From: Candidatus Sigynarchaeum calidifontis
GTDB lineage: Archaea; Asgardarchaeota; Lokiarchaeia; Sigyniarchaeales; Sigyniarchaeaceae
Reading direction: 5' to 3'
DNA length: 10,119 bases
NCBI GenBank assembly: GCA_030587475.2
Contig: JAUQYZ020000134.1
Coordinates: 1 to 10,119, forward strand
In this document: in pieces, positions 1 to 6,630 of the stretch
Numbering within the stretch: the first letter of the stretch is position 1
How the letters are laid out: each line of letters begins with the position of its first letter
Program-made: the position numbers and the translations under genes
Notes under the pieces: model-generated
Database searches by the model: none
Seen by the model: only the letters and a program-made list of their open reading frames with translations
What the model was told of the DNA's origin: nothing

Positions 1-26
1 CCATAGGAAACGATACCAGCTTTCAT
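1..26 (-). CDS. 5' end (partial) of a probable hydroxymethylglutaryl-CoA synthase / thiolase-fold condensing enzyme
   Basis: Minus strand reads ATG AAA GCT GGT ATC GTT TCC TAT GG = MKAGIVSYG, resembling the archaeal HMG-CoA synthase N-terminus (MxGIVxYGAYIP). GGTGA RBS at 41-37 lies 10 nt upstream of the ATG at 26; alternative in-frame ATG at 35. Only about 9 codons are visible. Confidence 0.55.
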
Positions 27-76
27 TGTTTTCATTTCACCTTTGAAATGGGTGATTCATTGTATTCCCTAACCGC

Positions 77-84
77 TTTTAAAA
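77..84. promoter_or_regulatory. TATA-like box (TTTTAAAA) in the divergent intergenic region
   Basis: Palindromic TTTTAAAA about 50 nt upstream of the minus-strand ATG at 26, a spacing compatible with an archaeal promoter and short leader. Confidence 0.35.
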
Positions 85-297
85 TGCTGCATGGATCGCG
101 TTGGAAGGGTTGGGTTGTAGAAACAAGACCGATTTCCGAAGCGAGAGCTCTTTTCCATTGCTATAAACGATCACCATCGCGTGTGTTTTTTTTGGATATC
201 GTGCGATTCCCCTATTTTGCAGATGCGTGATGCATTGACATTCGGGATTTCGGCAGATAGATTTTTTACCAGCCAACTGGTTCTCAAGTATTGCCCC

Positions 298-3042
298 ATG
301 ATCAAAATAACCTTCACCCAGATCGAACCAGCAGAAGTTATCACGCAAAATGTCTTGGATCTAATCACGCCGGTTCCGCAACACGTCGTTATCGGTAATG
401 GTGCAATAATAATCGGCAAGGGTACCACTATCGAAATATCTGGGAATCCGGAGCCGTGGAACACTTTCCCGGGAATCTTGCCATCGACGAACGTTGATTT
501 ATTTCCTGATCCAGCCTGGGACCTCGCCCGTTTCTCGGCCAAGGTGAAGGAATGGATGGGAGTGCGGCTCGATGAGCTAGGAATCGAGCACCCCTTGTCG
601 ACCAAGAATCCCAAGGTCGACCCGACACCCTTCTCCGGCAACATCCCCGACAGCACCGTGCCCGTCCGATGCAGGCGGGAAGGATACACGCTCGCTGTCA
701 CGGCGAGTGGCATCGAGATACTCGCGTGGACGTTGCGGGGCGGGTACTATGCCATCCTCACGCTGTCGCAGCTGCTCATCGTCACGAGTCAAGAGGACCA
801 CGAGGTGCTTGCTTGCCCGATCGTCACGATCCACGACTGGCCGTCCTACCCCGCCCGTGGCCTCATCGACGACATTTCGCGCGGCCAGGTCCCGACGATG
901 GACAATTTCAAGAAATTCATCCGGTTTCTCAGCCGGAGCAAGCAAAACGTCTACGTCATGTACATCGAGGACGTCATCCACTTCAAGAGCCACCCACGAA
1001 TCGGGGAGGACCGCGGGAAGCTCATGCCCGAGCAAGTCAGGGAGATCCAGGACTATGCGAAGGAATGGTTCGTGTCCATCATCCCCGGCATCGAGTTGCT
1101 CGGCCACATGGAGAACATACTCCTCATGCCGGAATATATCAAGTACGCGGAGTTTCCCGGCGCTGCATGTCTCGACGTGACCAGCCCCGAGACCAAGGAA
1201 TTCGTGAAACAGCTGCTCGACGACGCGATCCCGCAGTTCGACTCGCCCATCTTCGCCCCGATCTGCGACGAGTCGATGGACTTCGGCCTCGGGAAGGCAG
1301 CGGGCGTCGTGCAAGAAAAGGGTTACGGGAAGGCGCTTGCCGAATGGTACTTGTTCTTGATCGAGGAAATCCGCAAGCGCGGCAAGCCCATCGTGTTTTT
1401 TTCGCACGACATCGTGCAGAAATTCCCAGATGCCCTCGCGGAACTCAAGAAAGTTGACGCGATGGTTTATTGCTGGATTTACGCGAACAAGAAGACATAT
1501 CCCGCGGTCACCAGGCTCCGGAAGCTCGGCTTGACCGTCGCCGCGGGGCCAGCGGTGTTCGACTGGTCTCGCCACTACCCGTATTTCGCATACGCGGAAG
1601 CGAACATGATCAATTTCGGCAAGGATGCCCTCCCTCGTGGTAGCATAGGCCTGATCACGACCAAGTGGGGCGACTTCCACAACGAGAATTTCAGGGAAAA
1701 TATCTACTATGGCTTGCAAGTCAACGCCCAGGCAAGCTGGACGCCGCTCAAGAGCAACGTGCCCCAGATCCGCGCAGCGTTCGCGTGGCACTTTTTCGGA
1801 ACGACAGACCCGCGCGTCTGGGAATGCATGGACACCCTCGCCCGCCAGAACGAGGTGCTGCCGAGGTTCCCCAACGGCATGTTCAACCGGTTCTGGCTTG
1901 ACCCGTTCGTCCGCGACATCAAGCCCGCCGAGTACAAGGTGGCGGAACGGTTTATCATGGAGGCGAGGCACGTCCTCGATTTGCTGGATTCACTACGCCA
2001 ACAAGGGACCGTGACGCGCAACGCGGATAACCTGGATTATGTCTCGTTCGCGGCGAGGATGGCGCGCCATTACGGGGCCAAGATCCTCATTTCCGAGGCC
2101 GCATTCAAGGGCGTTCCGCATCTCGCGGAATTCGCTCGCGGGCGTATCGGTTATGATGGCGACGCGGTCCTCGGCGGGCTCAAGTGGTTGAAGGAAGATT
2201 GCAAGGCGTTGCACGCGGATTACGAGATTCTCTGGCGACGGCAAGCTGTTGAACCAGGTCTTGCAAATCCATCGCACCGGTTCGACATCCTCGAATGGCA
2301 TTACGACCAAGCCATTATTGATGTCGAAAGCGGGCGCAAGCCCCGTGCACACCAGCTTCGTTCCGATTGGATATGGATCCCCGGAATCCGGAGCAACGCC
2401 GAGCACGGGAACAAGCACTGGTATCACTTTTACAAGGCATTCACGACGAGCAAGCCGGTCAAGAAGGCGATGCTACAATGCATCTCCGCGAATCACGCGG
2501 TCGTGTCGATCAACGGCAAGAAGGCGGGCGAAGTCGTGTCCCGGGTGACGCTCGGGTATCGTCCCTGGCTGAATGCTGTGGGGTTTTTCGACGTGACGGG
2601 GCTCGTCCGGGACGGGGCTAACGTGATGTGTGTGGATGCAGCAAACTGGGGTGGTGGTGTTGGTTCTCTCAACATCGTGCTTCATCTCGATTTCGTGGAT
2701 GGTGAAATGGAAGATATCAACACGGACACGACCTGGTCCTGCACGGGAATGCCAATCGAGCCATGGCCATTCGAAAAGGTTCCTGCAACCGAGATCTCGA
2801 TGCGATTCAAGCGGGTGAAGTCCCTGGGCAAGCCACCCATGGCATGGCAAGGCCCCATAACGCAGCCCGTGTGGGAAAAAGGCTGGAAGTCCAGCATTTC
2901 GTTCACGTTCGGGTATCGCAACATGATCGAGAGCGCGGTGCCCATGTTCGCGGGCCGGAAGGCATATAACTTGCTTTTCTGGTTGTTCCCTTGCGTGATC
3001 AAGCTGTTCGGCAGCGACGTGTACGGGCTCCGGAAGCAATAA
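298..3042 (+). CDS. Glycoside hydrolase family 20 (beta-N-acetylhexosaminidase-like) with C-terminal beta-sandwich domain, 914 aa
   Basis: GH20b N-domain motifs (ITPVPQ, EGYTLAV...GIEI...G.YYAILTLSQL) and catalytic barrel motifs (IHDWPSYPARGLIDDISRG, LGHME, CDES with the Asp-Glu pair, TTKWGD). C-terminal SDWIW...FYKAF...VSINGKKAG...FDVT resembles rhamnosidase-N/galactose-binding-like domains. ATG 298 preferred over GTG 181: the upstream extension is AT-rich and a TTTTTTA box sits about 30 nt upstream. No signal peptide seen. Confidence 0.9.
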   Translation: MIKITFTQIEPAEVITQNVLDLITPVPQHVVIGNGAIIIGKGTTIEISGNPEPWNTFPGILPSTNVDLFPDPAWDLARFSAKVKEWMGVRLDELGIEHPLSTKNPKVDPTPFSGNIPDSTVPVRCRREGYTLAVTASGIEILAWTLRGGYYAILTLSQLLIVTSQEDHEVLACPIVTIHDWPSYPARGLIDDISRGQVPTMDNFKKFIRFLSRSKQNVYVMYIEDVIHFKSHPRIGEDRGKLMPEQVREIQDYAKEWFVSIIPGIELLGHMENILLMPEYIKYAEFPGAACLDVTSPETKEFVKQLLDDAIPQFDSPIFAPICDESMDFGLGKAAGVVQEKGYGKALAEWYLFLIEEIRKRGKPIVFFSHDIVQKFPDALAELKKVDAMVYCWIYANKKTYPAVTRLRKLGLTVAAGPAVFDWSRHYPYFAYAEANMINFGKDALPRGSIGLITTKWGDFHNENFRENIYYGLQVNAQASWTPLKSNVPQIRAAFAWHFFGTTDPRVWECMDTLARQNEVLPRFPNGMFNRFWLDPFVRDIKPAEYKVAERFIMEARHVLDLLDSLRQQGTVTRNADNLDYVSFAARMARHYGAKILISEAAFKGVPHLAEFARGRIGYDGDAVLGGLKWLKEDCKALHADYEILWRRQAVEPGLANPSHRFDILEWHYDQAIIDVESGRKPRAHQLRSDWIWIPGIRSNAEHGNKHWYHFYKAFTTSKPVKKAMLQCISANHAVVSINGKKAGEVVSRVTLGYRPWLNAVGFFDVTGLVRDGANVMCVDAANWGGGVGSLNIVLHLDFVDGEMEDINTDTTWSCTGMPIEPWPFEKVPATEISMRFKRVKSLGKPPMAWQGPITQPVWEKGWKSSISFTFGYRNMIESAVPMFAGRKAYNLLFWLFPCVIKLFGSDVYGLRKQ

Positions 3043-3115
3043 ACGACACGCATCAGCCAGGGTCCTTGCCATCGAACGCTTCTCCAATCGCGCGTGAACC
3101 AAGAGATTGTTTCCC

Positions 3116-3862
3116 ATGGGCAAGATCAGATACATGGCCAAGGATCGGTGGCGACCGATCTACCGGTACCCTTACGGAGACGATTTCGTGTATCTCGTTT
3201 GCAGCTTGTTGGCCATTGGTTCGAGCATCGGAGTGTACTCCGCGCTCCACGACGCCATCCGAACATCTACCGCTTTGTTCTGGATCCTGGATGTGGCACT
3301 TCTTGCCGGTGGCCTGATCGCCGGTTTCGCGATCGCGCGGTACTTGTTTTTCGTCACCCCCCAAGTCCGGAAGCGAAGCGCCATGGCATGGGCCGTGTGT
3401 GCTGGACTCCACTTCCCTGGCCTCTACCTGGGTTCGATCCGGGGGAGCTCTCCGGTCGACATCTACCAGCTCGTGGGAGCGGCGGCGCTGTGCGCGATCG
3501 CCTACGTGATCGCGGGTCGTGCCTTTTACAAGACAGGCTGGATCCGGCTCTACACGGACGGGGTCATCATCGGCAAGCTCGTTTTAAGATATGCGGATTT
3601 CGTATATACCGAGTTCGCTTGTGGCAAGCCATACCAGGATCGCGTGCCGGAGCAAGGCAAGGGAAAGCCGATCGTGGTGCTCACGCCGATCGATTACGAA
3701 TACGTGGAGCGGGATTTCGGCGTGACGCATTACTATTGCTTCATCATCACGAGGGACACGACCTACGTGGCGCAATCGCTCACGAAGCGATCAGATTTCG
3801 TGGCGAACGTGCGCAACGCGTGGTCTTGTTATGATTGGGAGCAAAGGCAAAAACAAAAATAG
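3116..3862 (+). CDS. Hypothetical membrane protein, about 4 TM helices plus soluble C-terminal domain (possibly PH-like)
   Basis: Four hydrophobic segments (FVYLVCSLLAIGSSIGVYSAL; LFWILDVALLAGGLIAGFAIA; AMAWAVCAGLHFPGLYLGSI; LVGAAALCAIAYVIAG), then IRLYTDGVIIGKLVLRYADF. Host-like GC3-rich codons. Start uncertain (TTG 3107, ATG 3116 or ATG 3134). Confidence 0.8.
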   Translation: MGKIRYMAKDRWRPIYRYPYGDDFVYLVCSLLAIGSSIGVYSALHDAIRTSTALFWILDVALLAGGLIAGFAIARYLFFVTPQVRKRSAMAWAVCAGLHFPGLYLGSIRGSSPVDIYQLVGAAALCAIAYVIAGRAFYKTGWIRLYTDGVIIGKLVLRYADFVYTEFACGKPYQDRVPEQGKGKPIVVLTPIDYEYVERDFGVTHYYCFIITRDTTYVAQSLTKRSDFVANVRNAWSCYDWEQRQKQK

Positions 3863-3877
3863 ATGAAAACCTTTCTT

Positions 3878-4519
3878 TTATCGCTTCAAGACGAGTTCCT
3901 TCGACATTTTCATGGCAGAATAATCGTTACGATTCCAAATCCATCGAACTTGAATCGCAAGGTCGGGAAATATTTTGGAACGAATAATCTCGGTGGAATC
4001 CGGATCGGAATAGGATTCTACCCTGCCTGTACCATGGATCGTGATTTTTTTGCTATCAGGGTCGACTATCCAGACCTCACCGACGCCCGATGTGAGGTAA
4101 TAAGGTAATTTCTTGTTCAAATCAACATCGCGTGTCGCATCAGATAGGATCTCGATGATAAGGTCAGCGGGGCCTTCTAGACGGCTTTCTTTTAGGTTAC
4201 TGAACTTTTCAGGTTTTACGACCAAAATATCTGGTTCGGGATTCCATTTTGGTGCCAGGTGCATCACGAATCTAGAGCCGAGAACTTTACCATTTCCGGT
4301 TATATCGAGATATAGACGAAATAGCGTATAGAGATACCCGAAGATATCCTCGTGTTCCTGGTTAGCTGGTGAATGAATAACAAGCACCCCGTCAAGTAGT
4401 TCACAATTTAGGTCCTCGTGCGCGAAAGACCAGAACTCGTCCTCGCTAACGTTTAACTTGAATAGGATGAATGGTGACTCGATAACCTTATCATCTTCAA
4501 GTTTCACGGTTATTACCAA
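3878..4519 (-). CDS. Uma2-family (PD-(D/E)XK) putative endonuclease
   Basis: Motifs ELLDGVLV..SP...HE, PEPDILVV, GPADLIIEILS..TR..D...KL..Y...GVGEVWIVDP, S.IFPDL. TTG at 4519 chosen because GGGGTG lies 6 nt upstream; the ORF track starts at TTG 4549. Confidence 0.9.
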   Translation of the reverse strand: MVITVKLEDDKVIESPFILFKLNVSEDEFWSFAHEDLNCELLDGVLVIHSPANQEHEDIFGYLYTLFRLYLDITGNGKVLGSRFVMHLAPKWNPEPDILVVKPEKFSNLKESRLEGPADLIIEILSDATRDVDLNKKLPYYLTSGVGEVWIVDPDSKKITIHGTGRVESYSDPDSTEIIRSKIFPDLAIQVRWIWNRNDYSAMKMSKELVLKR

Positions 4520-4614
4520 AGTTAGCACCCCGGCGTCTTGTCTAGACAATAATGCAATCTTGGCTTTTTATGTATACCGCATATCGGGGATGTAATGTCC
4601 CTAACGGTACCCGT

Positions 4615-5724
4615 TTAGTAGGACCCGTGCTTGAGCCCCGTCTCCAGCATTGCCCTGTAGTTGTCGATCTTGACGTAGTTGGCGACCGAGTTGCCCGTGC
4701 CGAGCGCGTAACCGCCGCCGGGCATGCATTTCGCCAGCACGTTGCGCGTGTACGCGATGACATCGTCTACAGTCCCGCGGGCCAGGATGTCGACGTCGAT
4801 ACCGCCGAGCAGCGCTATCTTGTCGCCCCAACGCTCCTTGGCCACGGTCACGGGGTAAATGACGTCCTGGAAGCTGTGTATCGCGTCGATCTTGACCGTG
4901 TGGATGAGGTCTTCCATGATCTCCGTGAGGTTTCCACACGAGTGCAAGATGAATGGCTTCCCGTTGTCGTGGGCGGCCTTGGCAACGCGCGCCTGCCACG
5001 GGAACGCGTGCTCCCGCAACGTGTTCGGCGAGAGCAGCGTCGCGTTCTTGTATCCCATGTCATCGCCGGACTTGAGCGCCCCTACGTGGTCCATGGCAGC
5101 AATGACCTTGTCGACCTCCACGATCAGCGAGCCGACCTTGTCGAAGATGCGCTTGACGAAGAGCGGCTCCCGCTTGAGCTCGATGCTGAGCTGCCTGAGG
5201 CCGACGAGCCACAGCACGTGCTCCTGGACGCCGCCGCCGACCCCGGCGACGAGCTTCATGCCCGGCGGGAGGACGCCTTTCGCGGCCTCGAGCAGCTCGT
5301 AGTCGACCGCCTCGGCAGGCTCTGGCCACTCGTATTCCTCGAGTTCCTCGAGGTTGGCTATCGTCGACTGGTAGTTGTCGACCCACCCGCGGCTCGACCG
5401 GCCGAGTGGCTCCGCGCGGTGCGATGTCTCGACGTTGAGCCGGAACAGCCTCGGGGCGACCTCGACCGGAACGAAGTCGAACCCCAAGCCCTTGCAGAAG
5501 CCGGCGAGGTGCGCGATGTATGTTTTCTTGCGCTTGATGCGGCGATCGCGAGCCGAGCTGCCACGATCACCCTCGTCAAGCGGCTCGTGATACCTGGGGG
5601 CAGGTTTTCCCGTCATGGCCTCGATGATCCCTTCATCGAACAAGTGTTCGTAGAACGGGACGCGATCGGGGCGCTCGCGCCAGAGCACCTTCAAGAGCCG
5701 TTCAAAATCCGGTCCACTCGTCAT
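4615..5724 (-). CDS. Uroporphyrinogen decarboxylase / MtaA-CmuA methyltransferase superfamily protein, 369 aa
   Basis: PDRVP N-terminal motif, GDDMG...LLSP, ILHSCGN, LLGGIDV and GGYALGTGNSV..YV..DNY.AM are typical of the URO-D-like family. Substrate not inferable; probably not a true HemE. Confidence 0.92.
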   Translation of the reverse strand: MTSGPDFERLLKVLWRERPDRVPFYEHLFDEGIIEAMTGKPAPRYHEPLDEGDRGSSARDRRIKRKKTYIAHLAGFCKGLGFDFVPVEVAPRLFRLNVETSHRAEPLGRSSRGWVDNYQSTIANLEELEEYEWPEPAEAVDYELLEAAKGVLPPGMKLVAGVGGGVQEHVLWLVGLRQLSIELKREPLFVKRIFDKVGSLIVEVDKVIAAMDHVGALKSGDDMGYKNATLLSPNTLREHAFPWQARVAKAAHDNGKPFILHSCGNLTEIMEDLIHTVKIDAIHSFQDVIYPVTVAKERWGDKIALLGGIDVDILARGTVDDVIAYTRNVLAKCMPGGGYALGTGNSVANYVKIDNYRAMLETGLKHGSY

Positions 5725-5825
5725 GGTTCATGACTGGGCTCTCGATCTATTTGCACCTATCTCACTTGCTCCAGAAGGGATCATGCTTTGCTCCAAGTCG
5801 ATCCGGACATGATGATGGCCGCCAG

Positions 5826-5854
5826 GAAAATAAAATGAAAAAGAAGAATGAAAG
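5826..5854 (-). terminator. U-rich archaeal-type terminator
   Basis: Minus strand CTTTCATTCTTCTTTTTCATTTTATTTTC begins about 10 nt after the stop of the 52-aa ORF. Confidence 0.45.
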
Positions 5855-5863
5855 TAATCGGAC

Positions 5864-6022
5864 CTACCCGGATTTTTTCTTGGCCTGTCCAGGCGCAAAC
5901 GGTTTCGCGGATTTTTCGCCGGCTGCTTTCTTGAGCTGGCCGGGCGCAGTTGCCTTCCCTTTACCCTCGCCTTCCGCTCCCGCGCCTTCTGGTTTTTTAT
6001 CAGCTTTTTCTTTCTTGCCCAT
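5864..6022 (-). CDS. Small Lys/Gly/Ala-rich basic protein (52 aa) with two APGQxKK motifs
   Basis: MGKKEKADKKPEGAGAEGEGKGKATAPGQLKKAAGEKSAKPFAPGQAKKKSG. GAGG 8 nt upstream of ATG 6022, TATTTATTTA about 60 nt upstream, U-tract downstream, internal peptide repeat. Confidence 0.65.
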   Translation of the reverse strand: MGKKEKADKKPEGAGAEGEGKGKATAPGQLKKAAGEKSAKPFAPGQAKKKSG

Positions 6023-6090
6023 TCTAAAAGCCTCGGATCGTCCATTCAATGAGAACGATGCCGGATCGTGATGGGACATGTGGGTAAATA

Positions 6091-6137
6091 AATAGCATCT
6101 AGCGATCTAGATCGATGCTATTCTCGATGCTATTCTC
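6091..6137. repeat. Nested inverted repeat plus 12-bp tandem duplication
   Basis: AATAGCATC (6091-6099) pairs with GATGCTATT (6114-6122); perfect palindrome CGATCTAGATCG (6103-6114); TCGATGCTATTC occurs twice (6112-6123, 6124-6135). Confidence 0.85.
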
Positions 6138-6277
6138 TTGCGTATTTCTTGTCTATGGCTTTCAGGAACCGGGATTGCACTTTCGTCATAAATAATGCTG
6201 TCCCACAAGTCCTCGACGAGGAGAATTTTCTCCGGGATGTTTAATTTTGAGATTCCAGGGATATCTTTGATTTGCGT
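6107..6277 (-). pseudogene. Putative addiction-module antitoxin component (TIGR02574 / Unstab_antitox-like), apparently decayed
   Basis: Manual translation: (ACG)QIKDIPGISKLNIPEKILLVEDLWDSIIYDESAIPVPESHRQEIRKRIASRIASI*. EKI.LVE.LWDSI and P.PE.H..E...R are hallmark motifs. No in-frame ATG/GTG/TTG between the upstream TGA (6349-6347) and the conserved core; the C-terminus ends early within the repeat. Confidence 0.8.
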
Positions 6278-6330
6278 TTTAATCGGACCCTGTGAAGTGA
6301 TCGTATCCTTGAGTACGAGTGGCTGATACG

Positions 6331-6348
6331 AATATATATCGTTTTTTC
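6331..6348 (-). promoter_or_regulatory. BRE/TATA-like promoter of the antitoxin remnant
   Basis: Minus strand GAAAAAACGATATATATT: purine run plus TATATA, about 55 nt upstream of the ACG at 6277. Confidence 0.5.
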
Positions 6349-6438
6349 ACGTGATCGGGGCTCTCTGCAAGAACGAGAGATCCATGCCAGCACGTCATGT
6401 ATCACTTTGTAAACGATCTTCTCCTAATCTATCCTCTT

Positions 6439-6452
6439 TTAGGCGCGCCTAA
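6439..6452. repeat. Perfect 14-bp palindrome TTAGGCGCGCCTAA
   Basis: Equals its own reverse complement; intergenic. Confidence 0.8.
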
Positions 6453-6525
6453 CTTGTTCTAGACAGTTTCTCCCAAAGCCATGTTAAACAGTGATAATTC
6501 GCAGTTCTACGCGGGTGTGGTGGCC

Positions 6526-6568
6526 GAAATATTATAAATTTATTTTCAGATTGGCTCAATCTTGAAAA
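6526..6568. promoter_or_regulatory. Strong TATA-like element with adjacent inverted repeat
   Basis: Minus strand GAAAATAAATTTATAAT and plus strand GAAATATTATAAA overlap at 6526-6547. Inverted repeat TTTTCAGATTG-gct-CAATCT(t)GAAAA at 6543-6568. Confidence 0.45.
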
Positions 6569-6577
6569 ATGCTCATG

Positions 6578-6600
6578 GAAAGTAAGAGAAAATAAAGAAT
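6578..6600 (-). terminator. U-rich terminator of the acyl-CoA dehydrogenase gene
   Basis: Minus strand ATTCTTTATTTTCTCTTACTTTC about 30 nt after the TAA at 6631. Confidence 0.45.
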
Positions 6601-6630
6601 TTACACGTGAAGAATTTGCACGCTGGATGG

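Noticed and set aside
181-297. 39-codon N-terminal extension of the GH20 ORF from GTG 181
   Set aside because: AT-rich, contains a T-run and a candidate TATA; GH20-like sequence begins only after ATG 298.
577-1971. Long antisense and alternate-frame ORFs over the GH20 gene (e.g. 464 aa on the minus strand)
   Set aside because: Shadow ORFs expected from high GC3 codon usage; no recognisable motifs.
4552-5733. 393-aa plus-strand ORF opposite the URO-D-like gene
   Set aside because: Antisense shadow of a well-supported GC-rich gene.
5766-5795. TTGCTCCA direct repeat with 22-bp period upstream of the URO-D-like gene
   Set aside because: Only two 8-bp copies; cannot be distinguished from chance without comparative data.
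6402-6482. Minus-strand ATG frame with two in-frame TAG codons (possible pyrrolysine or readthrough)
   Set aside because: The readthrough product would be only about 26 aa with no recognisable features, and no recoding machinery is in view.
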